A model generated the notes under the pieces. It saw only the letters and a program-made list of their open reading frames with translations. It ran no database searches and had not been told where the DNA came from. The position numbers and the translations under genes are program-made. Source: Candidatus Eiseniibacteriota bacterium (GTDB taxonomy: Bacteria > Eisenbacteria > RBG-16-71-46 > SZUA-252). Taken from it: DNA of 64,000 nt. The stretch covers positions 1,056,001 through 1,120,000 of the forward strand of contig OY969801.1 in NCBI GenBank assembly GCA_963703225.1, given 5' to 3'. Below, piece by piece: positions 22,591 to 33,221 of the stretch. Position 1 is the stretch's first letter; every line of letters begins with the position of its first letter.

Positions 22591-23382
22591 ATGAACACGA
22601 TCAGCAACGGCCCTATTCGGGAGTGGGTTGCAACCATGGCGGTCAGCCTTGCCTTCTTGGTCGCCGGGATGCCCGCCCGGACCGCGTCCGCGGCGCCGGT
22701 AAAGAACATCGTCCTTGTCCACGGCGCCTTCGCGGATGGATCGAGCTGGATCAAAGTGATCCCGATCCTCCAGGCCAAGGGCTACAACGTCACGTCGGTT
22801 CAGAATCCCCTAACGTCCTTCGCCGATGACGTGGCGGCGACCGACCGGGCTCTCGCTCTGCAGGACGGTCCGGTCATCCTCGTCGGCCACTCCTGGGGCG
22901 GCGTGGTCATCACCGAAGCGGGTGTGGATCCCAAGGTGGTGGGCCTCGTCTACGTGGCGGCCTTCGGGCCCGATTCGACAGAAGTGGTCGGAGACATCGG
23001 GAAGGCTTATCCGCCGCCGCCCGCCTTCGCGGCCCCCATCGTGGACAAGCAGGGCTTCATGAGCATGCCGGCCGAAGCGTTCGTGAAGCACTTTGCGCTG
23101 GACCTGCCCGAGGCTGATGCGCGCGTCGCCGCCGCGGTGCAGATCCCGATCATCGCATCAGCCTTCGGCACCAAGGTCTCGAAGGTCGCGTGGAAGACGA
23201 AGCCGTCCTGGTACATCGTATCCAAGCGGGACGAGGCGATCGCGCCAGACGAGGAGCGTTTCTTCGCGAAGCGCATGAAGGCCACGACCACGGAGCTGAA
23301 CACGAGCCACGTGGGAATGCTTTCGCAGCCCGAGGCGGTGGCGGCCGTCATCATGGACGCGGCCGCGAAGGCAGCACACTAG
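22591..23382 (+). CDS. Secreted alpha/beta hydrolase
   Basis: LVHGAFADGSSW, GHSWGG. Confidence 0.9.
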   Translation: MNTISNGPIREWVATMAVSLAFLVAGMPARTASAAPVKNIVLVHGAFADGSSWIKVIPILQAKGYNVTSVQNPLTSFADDVAATDRALALQDGPVILVGHSWGGVVITEAGVDPKVVGLVYVAAFGPDSTEVVGDIGKAYPPPPAFAAPIVDKQGFMSMPAEAFVKHFALDLPEADARVAAAVQIPIIASAFGTKVSKVAWKTKPSWYIVSKRDEAIAPDEERFFAKRMKATTTELNTSHVGMLSQPEAVAAVIMDAAAKAAH

Positions 23383-23440
23383 GAGTGGTTGGGTCGCGGG
23401 TCGCGCACGCCGCTCTCGGGCTTGCTTCGCGGAGATGCCT

Positions 23441-24748
23441 ATGTCCGAAATCACCGGTCGAAGTCGTCGTCGTTTCTTCGGTATCGCCGCGGCAACGCTT
23501 GCCGCCGGTCCGTCAGGACTTCTCAGTCCTTCCAGGAGGGTCGAGACAATGACTCAAGCCGCCACCGAAGTGGGAACCACAATCCGTCCGTTCACGGTGA
23601 GCTTTCCGAACGAAGACCTCAGGGACCTGCGTAAGCGCGTCAAGGCGACACGATGGCCCGGCAAGGAAACGGTCAACGACGAAACCCAGGGCGTCCGACT
23701 CGCGACGATGCAGAAGCTCGCGCAGTACTGGGCCAACGAGCATGATTGGAGCAAGTGCGAGGCGAAGCTGAACTCGTTCCCGCACTTCATCACCGAGATC
23801 GACGGGCTGGACATTCACTTCATCCACGTGCGCTCGAAGCACGAGAACGCGCTGCCGGTCATCATCACGCACGGCTGGCCGGGCTCGATCATCGAGCAGC
23901 TGAAGATCATCGAGCCGCTGACCAATCCGACGGCCCACGGCGGGAGCGCCGCGGACGCGTTTCACCTGGTAATTCCGTCGATGCCGGGCTACGGATTTTC
24001 CGGCAAGCCGACCACGACCGGCTGGGGCCCCGAACGCATTGCCCGGGCATGGGCCACCCTCATGGAACGCCTGGGATACCAGCGCTACGCGGCGCAAGGC
24101 GGCGATTGGGGTGCGCTCATCGTCGACATGATGGGGGTGCAGGCACCGCCAGGACTGATTGGCATTCACACCAACATGGCCGGTGCGATTCCGCCCGAGA
24201 TTGATGCGGCGGCTTTTGCCGGCGCAGCGCCGCCTTCCGGCCTCGACGAAGAGGAGAAAGAGGCTTTCAATCACGTCGCCTTCTTCTACAAGTATGGCCT
24301 CGGTTATGCCCAGGAGATGGGGCACCGGCCGCAGACGCTGTATGGGATCGAAGATTCTCCGATCGGCTTGGCCGCGTGGATTATCGATCACGATATCTGG
24401 ACCTACCGGCAAATCGCTCGCGTGTTCGACGGCGCCGCCGAGGGCCTGACGCGGGACGATATCCTCGACAACATCACCCTCTACTGGCTGACCAACACGG
24501 GCGTATCGTCGGCTCGCCTATACTGGGAAAACAAGATGGCCTTCTTCGCTCCGAAGGGGGTCGCGATCCCTGTCGTTGTGAGCGCTTTCCCGGAAGAGAT
24601 CTGCCCGGTTCCGCGAAAGTGGGCCGAAAGGGCCTATCCCAAGTTGGCCTACTATAAGCGCCATCCGAAAGGCGCGCACTTTGCCGCGTGGGAGCAGCCG
24701 CAGGCGATCGTGGATGATCTTCGCGCAGGTTTCAAGTCGCTGCGGTAG
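23441..24748 (+). CDS. Epoxide hydrolase family protein (Tat-like signal)
   Basis: RRRFFG, HGWPGS, QGGDWG, HFAAWEQP. Confidence 0.92.
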   Translation: MSEITGRSRRRFFGIAAATLAAGPSGLLSPSRRVETMTQAATEVGTTIRPFTVSFPNEDLRDLRKRVKATRWPGKETVNDETQGVRLATMQKLAQYWANEHDWSKCEAKLNSFPHFITEIDGLDIHFIHVRSKHENALPVIITHGWPGSIIEQLKIIEPLTNPTAHGGSAADAFHLVIPSMPGYGFSGKPTTTGWGPERIARAWATLMERLGYQRYAAQGGDWGALIVDMMGVQAPPGLIGIHTNMAGAIPPEIDAAAFAGAAPPSGLDEEEKEAFNHVAFFYKYGLGYAQEMGHRPQTLYGIEDSPIGLAAWIIDHDIWTYRQIARVFDGAAEGLTRDDILDNITLYWLTNTGVSSARLYWENKMAFFAPKGVAIPVVVSAFPEEICPVPRKWAERAYPKLAYYKRHPKGAHFAAWEQPQAIVDDLRAGFKSLR

Positions 24749-24835
24749 TTCAAGGTAGTTCAACAGGTTGTACGGTGGATGGCGCGCCAGTTGCGCGTCA
24801 TCCGCCGGGTACCGGATCTCAAAGGAGAGAATACA

Positions 24836-25243
24836 ATGAACCGGTCTATCCAGACGCTTTCCGAGGACACCGCGATCGCCGCTGGTGCTCTTGCCCAGAG
24901 CACGGTCGTCCCCGTCGATAATGAGCCCGCGCCCAGGCTGACCGTGGAGCCGCCGCTCCCCGGTCCGTTGGCCCAGGGCGTCGTCTTCATCCCGTACCGG
25001 GTGGAGAACTTGCGCGTCCTTCCCGTGGCAGGGCCGGCCGCGCGCAACGTGTCTCCCCGCGTCGGCCATCTGCACATCACGGTCGACGACCTGCCGTGGC
25101 TGTGGGCGGATTTCGGCCAGAGCAACACCATCGTTCTGGTGGGCATGCCGCGCGGCCAGCACAAGGTGCTGATCGAGCTGGTTGATGCCGAAGGCAACGT
25201 CTTTACCGCACAAACGGTGACGTTCCACTCGCCGGGCAAATAG
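24836..25243 (+). CDS. DUF6130-like protein
   Basis: SPRVGHLHITVDD..GQHKVLIELVD; AGGAG RBS. Confidence 0.7.
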   Translation: MNRSIQTLSEDTAIAAGALAQSTVVPVDNEPAPRLTVEPPLPGPLAQGVVFIPYRVENLRVLPVAGPAARNVSPRVGHLHITVDDLPWLWADFGQSNTIVLVGMPRGQHKVLIELVDAEGNVFTAQTVTFHSPGK

Positions 25244-25295
25244 GCTCGCCCATGAAGGTGCACAAGCCAACGATGCGCAACTTCGGGAGCGCCGT

Positions 25296-25823
25296 ATGAA
25301 GTGGATTCCTCCTATGCTGGTCGCGGTGGTAGCGCTGGTCTGCGTGGTTGCCGCCCAGGCCCCCACATCGCAACGCACCGATGAAGCGGCCGCCGCGATC
25401 GCCGGAGGCAAGCTTCCCGCGGGATACCGCGACTGGCGGTTGATCTCCGTGGCCCGCGAGGAAGGCGGCCTCGACGACATCCGTGCCATCCTGGGCAACG
25501 ACGCGGCGATCAGGGCCTACCGGGAAGGCACGCGGCCGTTCCCCGACGGCACCATCATCGCCCGCCTTGCCTGGAGTTACGAGTCGTCGGAAGAGAACAA
25601 CAAGGCGTTTGGCCGGCGCCAATCGTTCGTTGCCGGGCACCCGAAGAACGGCGTCCAGTTCATGGTCAAGGACTCCAAGAAGTACGCTTCGACCGGAGGT
25701 TGGAGCTATGCACAGTTTGAGGACGGCAAACCCCTCCTCGACGTGGCAAAGCTCCAGAGCTGCTTCGAGTGCCACCTGGCCTTCAAAGATCACGACTATG
25801 TCTTCACTCGTTACACGCCCTGA
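25296..25823 (+). CDS. Cytochrome P460 family protein
   Basis: Signal peptide; PAGYRDW, FPDGT, FMVKDS..TGGW; C-terminal CFECH. Confidence 0.88.
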   Translation: MKWIPPMLVAVVALVCVVAAQAPTSQRTDEAAAAIAGGKLPAGYRDWRLISVAREEGGLDDIRAILGNDAAIRAYREGTRPFPDGTIIARLAWSYESSEENNKAFGRRQSFVAGHPKNGVQFMVKDSKKYASTGGWSYAQFEDGKPLLDVAKLQSCFECHLAFKDHDYVFTRYTP

Positions 25824-25868
25824 TGGACGGCGCCTGCTTCCCTGGCCTAAACATCGACGAGGTGCACG

Positions 25869-26390
25869 ATGAGTCAGCCCGCCCGAATCTCGACGTCAGG
25901 CCCCACGATCTCTTCTGCCGGTTACGACGTCTCGCCCCTGAGCGAGGAGGAGGTCATGGACCTCGCAAAGTCGCTGAGCGCGGAGGAGCGCCGGGTTCTC
26001 ATGCAGCACGGCACCGAGCCACCGTTCTGCGGCAATCTCCTCGACAACAAGAAGCAGGGGACGTACACCTGTCGCCTGTGCGGGCTGCCGCTGTTCGCGT
26101 CCAAGGCGAAGTTCGAGTCCGGCACCGGCTGGCCCAGCTTCTTCCAGCCGGTCGACCGCGCCCATATCGCATACATCGAGGACCGCAGCCACGGCATGGA
26201 CCGCACCGAGATCCGCTGCGCCCGCTGCGGCGGCCACCTCGGTCACGTTTTCCCCGACGGGCCGCCGCCGACCCGCGAGCGCTACTGCCTCAATTCCGTC
26301 TCGATGGAGTTCGTCGACGGCGGGCAGCCCCTGCCGCGCAGGACCAGGACGGATCGCGCGGCCGAGTCGTCACGTGCCACCGGAGGTTGA
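25869..26390 (+). CDS. msrB: Methionine-R-sulfoxide reductase (copy 1)
   Basis: [28 protein letters not shown]. Confidence 0.95.
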   Translation: MSQPARISTSGPTISSAGYDVSPLSEEEVMDLAKSLSAEERRVLMQHGTEPPFCGNLLDNKKQGTYTCRLCGLPLFASKAKFESGTGWPSFFQPVDRAHIAYIEDRSHGMDRTEIRCARCGGHLGHVFPDGPPPTRERYCLNSVSMEFVDGGQPLPRRTRTDRAAESSRATGG

Positions 26391-26431
26391 TCCCCATGCT
26401 TCACCGACATGAATCGCGGCCGAGGGGCACT

Positions 26432-26671
26432 GTGAGCGACCTTGTAGCTGTCTTTGAAACGGGGGATCCAGGTCTTGTTGCCCTAGCCAAGTCTCTGTTG
26501 GATTCGGCAGGGATTGACTTCGCCACGAGAGGGGACGCGCTTCAGGACTTGTTTGGCGTGGGGCGGTTCCCGGGCCGGACGAATCTGGTGACGGGGCCCG
26601 TGGTGTTCCAGGTGAGGCTCAACGATGCGGAAAAGGCGAGATCCATCCTTCGCGATCTCCGGACCGAATAG
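26432..26671 (+). CDS. DUF2007-like small protein
   Basis: AKSLLDSAGI..V..DAEKARSIL. Confidence 0.7.
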   Translation: MSDLVAVFETGDPGLVALAKSLLDSAGIDFATRGDALQDLFGVGRFPGRTNLVTGPVVFQVRLNDAEKARSILRDLRTE

Positions 26672-26707
26672 CGCGAGGGGGCGGCACGAGGGGCGGAGCG
26701 AGTTCCG

Positions 26708-27988
26708 TCACCGGATCCGGACCAGCTTGGCCACTTCTGACTTACCGGCCGTGCTGAGACGGGCCAGATAGATCCCCGAGGCGAGGCGGTGCACGCTCCA
26801 GCTTATCTCGTTCGGTCCCGAGGGCCGCGTCTCATCCACGGCGGCCGCGACGCGGCGGCCGGACACATTGAAGACATCGATCCGCACACGTGCCGCCCGC
26901 GGTAGCTGGAACCGGAAGCGCACATCGTCCTGCGTGGGCCGGGGCCCCACGATCGCGAAGCGCAGGCCGACCGAACCGCCGCCATCCGGTGCGGGAGCGC
27001 CTGCGATCGTGGCGATGGATCGCCGCCACAGGCCATCCACTCGCCCCGCGTAGAGCTGATCGCCGATGACGGTGATGCCGTAGGTGAAGGTGCCTGGCAG
27101 AGCGTCCAGCACCTGCCAGGTCACGCCATCGTCGTTGCTGTACTCGATGCCGGTGCCTTCTCCGCTGGCGAAGTGCGTGAAGACGATACGGCCGCTAAGC
27201 GCGAAGGACGCAAAGAGGGTGGGGTGGAGCCCGAAATCGGTGTAGGTCCACGGCGAATCCCCCTGAGCGCTGTGGAACGCCCCGATGTTCGTCCCCACGA
27301 GCCAGGAATGCCCCGTCCAGACGGCAGAGAGCGGAGCGAGCCCTGCGGCCAGGCGGTCGTTGAAGAGCAGCGACTCCGACCAATCCGCGTCTCCTCGGTC
27401 TCGGAAGAACACGTCACCATTGAAGCCGGCAGATGCAAGCAGCCGGGTCGGTGACCCCGCGATCCCTTCCATGTTCCCAGCCTGCGCTCGCTCGAGGAAG
27501 TTTCCATAGTGCGACCAGGTTCCCGGTCCCGCGAGAGTGCGCAACCAGGGTCCGGACCCCTCGGTTGCGGCGTAAAGGCTGTCCCCCCGGACCAGCAGGT
27601 CCATGATGGCGAGTTGGGAGTTGGCGAATCCGCCGACCAGCCCTTGGTTGAAGTCCTGCCAGGTCGCGCCCAGGTCCGCGCTGACGAATACCCCTTTGTT
27701 GCGAGTGCCAGCATAGAGCAGACCGTTGTGAACCCTCACGGCTTTGACTTGGAACAGGCCGCTCGCCACCGCGGCGGTCGTGGTCCAGTCGGCGCCTCCA
27801 TTGGTGCTCACGAACACCGCGCTGTCGGATCCGGCGACGATCGTCGACCCGTCGGTCCACACGGAGTAGATGTTCGCGATCGGGACCTCGCTGACGCGCG
27901 TCCACTGCGCCGACGCTGGGGACGGGGCCACGATTACCGCGAAAGACGCGAGCAAACCAGCAACATGACCTCTCGATGTCGCTCTCAT
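26708..27988 (-). CDS. Secreted beta-propeller protein with C-terminal FlgD/T9SS-like domain
   Basis: Signal peptide; SxDxGxTW repeats; VFNVSGRRV..ASGIYLARL tail. Confidence 0.8.
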   Translation of the reverse strand: MRATSRGHVAGLLASFAVIVAPSPASAQWTRVSEVPIANIYSVWTDGSTIVAGSDSAVFVSTNGGADWTTTAAVASGLFQVKAVRVHNGLLYAGTRNKGVFVSADLGATWQDFNQGLVGGFANSQLAIMDLLVRGDSLYAATEGSGPWLRTLAGPGTWSHYGNFLERAQAGNMEGIAGSPTRLLASAGFNGDVFFRDRGDADWSESLLFNDRLAAGLAPLSAVWTGHSWLVGTNIGAFHSAQGDSPWTYTDFGLHPTLFASFALSGRIVFTHFASGEGTGIEYSNDDGVTWQVLDALPGTFTYGITVIGDQLYAGRVDGLWRRSIATIAGAPAPDGGGSVGLRFAIVGPRPTQDDVRFRFQLPRAARVRIDVFNVSGRRVAAAVDETRPSGPNEISWSVHRLASGIYLARLSTAGKSEVAKLVRIR

Positions 27989-28132
27989 GACCCCTCCCAC
28001 GCTCTGCTTGAAAGTCGACGCTCGTGCAAATTCGGATGCTGGCCCGGATGAGGAGATGCGTAACATTTTTGTTACGTGTGACGAGGGTCACTTCTCGACG
28101 CTCCATGGGAGGGGATGTTAAAATCGTCCCCG

Positions 28133-28663
28133 ATGGACACGACCTTCAAGACAACGGCTTGGCGTCAGTTCGGGGCGGCTATCGACATGCTCGAGAATGC
28201 GGTTGTCGCCTGTCCCGATCACGTCTGGAGCGACCCTTCCCAACGACCCGAGTGGCCGGAGAAGGATGTGGTCGGGTATTGGTATCTCGTCTACCACACG
28301 CTCTTCTGGCTGGACTATTACCTGTCCGACGACCCGAAGGGATTCAAGCCGCCGCCGCCGTTCACGCTCGATGAGATGGATCCGGCAGGATTACTCCCGG
28401 AGCGGCCCTACACGAAAGAGGAGCTGCTCGCATATCTCGAGCATGGCCGCCGGAAGTGTCGCGCCACAATCCAAGCGCTCGACGAGATCCGTGGATTCCA
28501 GACCAGGGCCGCCACGCGCGACGGACTAAACGCAGCGGAGTTGCTTCTCCACAACATGCGACACGTGCAGCATCACACCGCTCAGCTGAATCTGATCATG
28601 CGCCAGAAGGTCGGGGTGAACGTGGGCTGGGTTTCGAAGACGAAGACGGATCTCGGCGGCTAG
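28133..28663 (+). CDS. DinB family protein
   Basis: YHTLFWLDYY, HNMRHVQHHTAQL. Confidence 0.85.
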   Translation: MDTTFKTTAWRQFGAAIDMLENAVVACPDHVWSDPSQRPEWPEKDVVGYWYLVYHTLFWLDYYLSDDPKGFKPPPPFTLDEMDPAGLLPERPYTKEELLAYLEHGRRKCRATIQALDEIRGFQTRAATRDGLNAAELLLHNMRHVQHHTAQLNLIMRQKVGVNVGWVSKTKTDLGG

Positions 28664-28680
28664 CCCGCAAAGAAGAAGGC

Positions 28681-29589
28681 ATGTCCCAAGAAACGATCCT
28701 CGTCACCGGCGCCGCAGGCGGCGTCGGCTCGACCGCGCACGCGGCCATCGCCATGCTGCTGGAACAAGGCCATCCCGTACGCGCCATGGTGCGCAAGCTG
28801 GACGCTCGGGCCGACACGCTGCGTGACATGGGCGCCGAAGTCTTGGTCGCCGACATGCTCGACATCATCGCTGTTCGCGCGGCCATGCAAGGTTGCTCCT
28901 CCGTTTTTTTCACGATGTCAATTGCGCCCAATTACCTGGAAGCGGCCGCCAATGTCGCGGTCACGGCAAAGAGCATGGATGTGAAGGCTTTCGTCAATCT
29001 GGCGCAGATGACGTTGTCGGAGATGAGCGAGACGAAGACCACCAGCAGCCCGCAACAGAAGCAGGAGTGGCTCGCGGAGCAGATGCTGCGCTGGTCCGGC
29101 CTGCCGGTGGTCTACCTTCGTCCAACTGTTTTCTTCGACGGCATGTTTCTCGTGCAGGGGGTCAAGGGCATCCGAGACGATAACGTCATCCGCTTGCCGT
29201 TCGCCGATGGCAAGACCTCGCCGATCGCCGCCGCCGACGTGGGGGCTGCCGCTGCTGCTGTGCTGGCCAACCCGGAGCCGCATATCGGCAAGGTCTACGA
29301 CATGACCGGAGCCCAGTCGCTGACAATGACGCAGTTTGCGCAGGAGCTCAGCGACGCTCTGGGGCGCACCATCCACTATGTCAACGTTCCGCCGCAGATC
29401 TGGGAAGCCAAGCTCAAGGAGACGAGACTGCCGGCGCACTTGATCGCACACCTGATCACCATGGGCCAGCTGCATCGCGACAACCTCTACGACCGCATGA
29501 CCGACTCCTTCCGGCAGCTGGTCGGCCGTGCGCCGATTTCAGCCGCCGAATTCGCACGCCGCCACGCGGCCGTGTTCACCCCTGGCTGA
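28681..29589 (+). CDS. NmrA family NAD(P)-binding protein
   Basis: ILVTGAAGGVG. Confidence 0.88.
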   Translation: MSQETILVTGAAGGVGSTAHAAIAMLLEQGHPVRAMVRKLDARADTLRDMGAEVLVADMLDIIAVRAAMQGCSSVFFTMSIAPNYLEAAANVAVTAKSMDVKAFVNLAQMTLSEMSETKTTSSPQQKQEWLAEQMLRWSGLPVVYLRPTVFFDGMFLVQGVKGIRDDNVIRLPFADGKTSPIAAADVGAAAAAVLANPEPHIGKVYDMTGAQSLTMTQFAQELSDALGRTIHYVNVPPQIWEAKLKETRLPAHLIAHLITMGQLHRDNLYDRMTDSFRQLVGRAPISAAEFARRHAAVFTPG

Positions 29590-29632
29590 TCCTCGAAGCA
29601 ATGATGGAGTCTGTTCGCTCTTCAAGGGAGGA

Positions 29633-30505
29633 ATGCTCATGACCGGATCGAACCATAAAAACGCTCCCTTGCGGTGGTCAGTGTTTGTCACCAAGCGGCC
29701 AGGCCTTAACAGGGAGCTACCCTCAGGCTACGAGTCTTTGGCCTGGGTACCCAATTCGTCCACGCTGATCTACGGCGAGCGGGATGCCGTGCTGGTCGAC
29801 ACCTTCCTAACCACCGAAGCCTCGCAGGCCCTGGCGAACTGGGTCGTGGCGAGCGGCAAGAACCTGACCACGATTTACTCGACCCACGGTCATGGCGACC
29901 ATTTCTTTGGCATGGGGCTGCTCAAGCAGCGCTTTCCCGATGCACGGGCGGTGGCAAGGCCGGACATCGTGGAGGCCATGCGTCATGAGCTCGATCCGCC
30001 CCACTTCAACAGCTTCTGGAATTCGCGCTTTCCCGGCCAGCTCCCGGAGCAGCTCGCTGTGGCCGAGGCGCTCGAAGGAGACACCATCGAACTGGAGGGG
30101 CATGAATTGGTCTTGGTCGACACCGGCTATACCGACACGGCCCTGTCCACGAGCCTGCACGTTCCTTCCATCGATCTGGTGGTGGCCGGGGACGTCGCCT
30201 ACAACGGCGTTCATCCCTACATGGCGGAGGGCAGCCCGCAAACCTGGCCCAAATGGATCGCCGCCCTCGACAAACTCGAGTCGTTGAAACCTCGCGCCGT
30301 AATCGCTGGCCACAAGCGGCCCGAGAACGACGACCACCCGCGGATCATCGAGGAAACGCGCGGCTATTTCCGGGACTTCATGCGCCTCAATGAAGAGACG
30401 ACGACCGTGCGTGAGCTCTTCGACCGGATGATGGAGCTTCATGGAGATCGAGCCAATCCCGGTTCGCTCTGGGGTGGGGCGACGGCCATCAAGGCACGTC
30501 ATTAG
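29633..30505 (+). CDS. Metallo-beta-lactamase fold hydrolase
   Basis: THGHGDH, AGDVAY, IAGH. Confidence 0.9.
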   Translation: MLMTGSNHKNAPLRWSVFVTKRPGLNRELPSGYESLAWVPNSSTLIYGERDAVLVDTFLTTEASQALANWVVASGKNLTTIYSTHGHGDHFFGMGLLKQRFPDARAVARPDIVEAMRHELDPPHFNSFWNSRFPGQLPEQLAVAEALEGDTIELEGHELVLVDTGYTDTALSTSLHVPSIDLVVAGDVAYNGVHPYMAEGSPQTWPKWIAALDKLESLKPRAVIAGHKRPENDDHPRIIEETRGYFRDFMRLNEETTTVRELFDRMMELHGDRANPGSLWGGATAIKARH

Positions 30506-30678
30506 CCCCCATAAGCCCTTCCGGGAACACCGGGAACGGCCTCGGAACCGTAGCTTGACTCCCAACGATGCAGAGGGGCTACACTTTATGGGGGAGCGTA
30601 TGTTGTCTGTAGCCGGTGTTGGGTTCTCCGCTGGCTCGCATCAGCGTGGATCCTCGCAATTGCGACGGCAGGTGAGAG

Positions 30679-31218
30679 GTGACGGAATTTCCCGCCCAAA
30701 TTGGTAGTTCCAGCTCCGCCGGCGCGCAGCAGACCGAGGTCGCCGTCCTCGCCGGCGGCTGCTTCTGGGGCGTCGAGGACATCCTGCGCAACGTGCCCGG
30801 CGTGATCGACACCGAAGTCGGCTACACCGGCGGCTGGCTGGAGAATCCGACCTACGACCAGACGCACGGCAGCAAATCGGGCCACGCCGAGGCGATCCGG
30901 GTGACCTTCGACCCGTCGGTGCTCAGCTATGAGGAGTTGCTCGAGAAGTGGTTCTTCAAGCTGCACGATCCGACCACGCTCAACCGTCAGGGCAACGACA
31001 GAGGAACGCAGTACCGCTCGGCGATCTTTCCGCAAACCCCCGAGCAGAAGGCCACGGCGGAGCGGGTAAAGGCGCGCGTCGGCACGTCCGGCAAGTGGAA
31101 GCGACCGATAACGACGAGCATCGAGCCGGCGTCCACCTGGTACACCGCGGAGGCGTACCACCAGGATTATCTGCGCAAGAATCCCGGCGGCTACTCCTGC
31201 CATTACCTGCGCGACTGA
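30679..31218 (+). CDS. msrA: Methionine-S-sulfoxide reductase
   Basis: GGCFWG, GHAE, QGND.GTQYRS, AEAYHQDY. Confidence 0.95.
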   Translation: MTEFPAQIGSSSSAGAQQTEVAVLAGGCFWGVEDILRNVPGVIDTEVGYTGGWLENPTYDQTHGSKSGHAEAIRVTFDPSVLSYEELLEKWFFKLHDPTTLNRQGNDRGTQYRSAIFPQTPEQKATAERVKARVGTSGKWKRPITTSIEPASTWYTAEAYHQDYLRKNPGGYSCHYLRD

Positions 31219-31234
31219 CCCCACGAGGTGCACG

Positions 31235-31756
31235 ATGAATCAGCCCGCCCGAATCGCGACGTCAGGCCCCACGATCTCTTCTGCCGGTTACGACGTCTCG
31301 CCCCTGAGCGAGGAGGAGGTCATGGACCTCGCAAAGTCGCTCAACGCGGAGGAGCGCCGCGTTCTGCTGCATCACGACACCGAGGCAGCGTTCTGCGGGA
31401 ACCTCCTCGACAACAAGAAGCAGGGGACCTACGCCTGCCGCCTGTGCGGGCTGCCGCTGTTCGCGTCGAAGGCAAAGTTCGAGTCGGGTACCGGCTGGCC
31501 CAGCTTTTACGAGCCGGTCGACCGCGTCCATATCGCATACATCGAGGACCGCAGCTACGGCATGGTCCGCACCGAGATCCGCTGTGCCCGCTGTGGCGGC
31601 CACCTCGGCCACGTATTTCCCGATGGCCCGCCGCCGAACCGTGAACGCTACTGCCTCAACTCCGTCTCGATGGAGTTCATCGACGCCGGAGAGCCCTTGC
31701 CGCGCAAGACCAGGACGGATCGCGCGTCCGAATCGTCACGTGCCGCCGGAGGTTGA
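31235..31756 (+). CDS. msrB: Methionine-R-sulfoxide reductase (copy 2)
   Basis: Same motifs; near-duplicate of 25869-26390. Confidence 0.95.
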   Translation: MNQPARIATSGPTISSAGYDVSPLSEEEVMDLAKSLNAEERRVLLHHDTEAAFCGNLLDNKKQGTYACRLCGLPLFASKAKFESGTGWPSFYEPVDRVHIAYIEDRSYGMVRTEIRCARCGGHLGHVFPDGPPPNRERYCLNSVSMEFIDAGEPLPRKTRTDRASESSRAAGG

Positions 31757-31801
31757 TCGCCGGAAGACCGAGTAAGTCTGCATCACCACGAGGAGGAACA
31801 A

Positions 31802-32662
31802 ATGACCACCAAGACCGCTAGGCCGACCATCACGGAGCACGAGGCAGCGCAGGTCGAGCGCGCAAACGCCTCCAGCGCCGCACCCGTTGTCTTCGTTCAC
31901 GGCCTCTGGCTGCTGCCCTCGAGCTGGGAACGCTGGACCTCGCTGTTCGAGGAGGCCGGCTACGTGGCGTTGACACCGGGCTGGCCGGACGATCCAGAGA
32001 CCGTCGCCGAGGCCAAAGAGCACCCCGAGGTGTTCGCCGGCAAAGGGATCAGCGAGATCGCCGACTACGAGGAGGGGATCATCCGCCGGCTGAATCGCAA
32101 GCCCGTCATCATTGGCCATTCGTTTGGCGGCCTATTGACCATGATTCTCGCGGGCCGCGGGCTCGGAGCCGCGTCGGTCGCGATCAGCCCTGCTCCGTTC
32201 CGCGGCGTCCTCCCGCTGCCGATCCCGGCGTTGCGCTCCGCCAGCGTCGCCTTGCGCAATCCCGCGAACTGGAACCGCGCCGTCCCGCTCAGTTACGAGC
32301 AGTTCCGCTACAGTTTCGCGAACGCGGTCGGTGAGGACGAGGCAAAGGAGCTGTACCTCGGCTACTCCGTACCCGGAGCCGGCGAGCCGCTCTTCCAGGC
32401 CGCAGCCGCGAACTTGAATCCGTGGACCGAGGCGAAGGTCGACTCGAAAAACCCGGAGCGCGGTCCGATGCTGATCGTCTCGGCCGACTCGGACCAAACG
32501 GTCCCCTGGGCGATCGCGAATGCGGCCTATGGCATCCAGAAGCACAACAAAGGCGTGACCGAGATCGTCAAGATGCCGCATCGCGGACACGCGCTGACCA
32601 TCGACGCGGGCTGGAGAGAGGTTGCCGACGTGGCGCTCGCGTTCGTCAAGCGGTTCACATGA
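31802..32662 (+). CDS. Alpha/beta hydrolase
   Basis: VHGLWL, GHSFGG; GAGGAGG RBS. Confidence 0.9.
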   Translation: MTTKTARPTITEHEAAQVERANASSAAPVVFVHGLWLLPSSWERWTSLFEEAGYVALTPGWPDDPETVAEAKEHPEVFAGKGISEIADYEEGIIRRLNRKPVIIGHSFGGLLTMILAGRGLGAASVAISPAPFRGVLPLPIPALRSASVALRNPANWNRAVPLSYEQFRYSFANAVGEDEAKELYLGYSVPGAGEPLFQAAAANLNPWTEAKVDSKNPERGPMLIVSADSDQTVPWAIANAAYGIQKHNKGVTEIVKMPHRGHALTIDAGWREVADVALAFVKRFT

Positions 32663-32666
32663 GCTG

Positions 32667-33221
32667 ATGGGGGTGCACGTTGGGTACGACGCGCTGCTGA
32701 CCAGCATCCCGACCGTCGACGACGTTCTAAACGACCACGCGAAGGCGTTGCGGGACGATTTCACCGCGTATCGCAACCACGTGTATCGGGTCGTGAATCT
32801 ATGCGTCGCGTTCGTGGGGCGAAGCGAACTCGAGAAGATAGCGATCGCTGGGGTCTTCCACGACCTCGGCATCTGGGTGAACGGCACGTTCGACTACATC
32901 GCGCCCTCGATCACGCTCGCCCGCGATTACCTGGTCGCCCGCTCGCGTGAGGACTGGACCGCCGAGATCGAAAGGATGATCGCGGACCATCACAAGATCA
33001 CGCCATCGACGGCGGATTCAGATTCGCTCGTCGAGGCATTCCGGCGAGCGGACTGGATCGACGTGACACGTGGACTGAGAGGGTTCGGCATTCCGCGTCC
33101 ATTTGTTGCACGTCTGTTCGCAACATGGCCGGATGCCGGGTTTCATTGGCGTCTCGTCACGTTGACTCTTGATCGGTTCCGAAGCCATCCGCTGTCGCCG
33201 TTGCCAATGGTCAAATTGTAA
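32667..33221 (+). CDS. HD-domain protein
   Basis: YRNHVYRV, FHDLGIW, DHHK, ADWID. Confidence 0.8.
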   Translation: MGVHVGYDALLTSIPTVDDVLNDHAKALRDDFTAYRNHVYRVVNLCVAFVGRSELEKIAIAGVFHDLGIWVNGTFDYIAPSITLARDYLVARSREDWTAEIERMIADHHKITPSTADSDSLVEAFRRADWIDVTRGLRGFGIPRPFVARLFATWPDAGFHWRLVTLTLDRFRSHPLSPLPMVKL

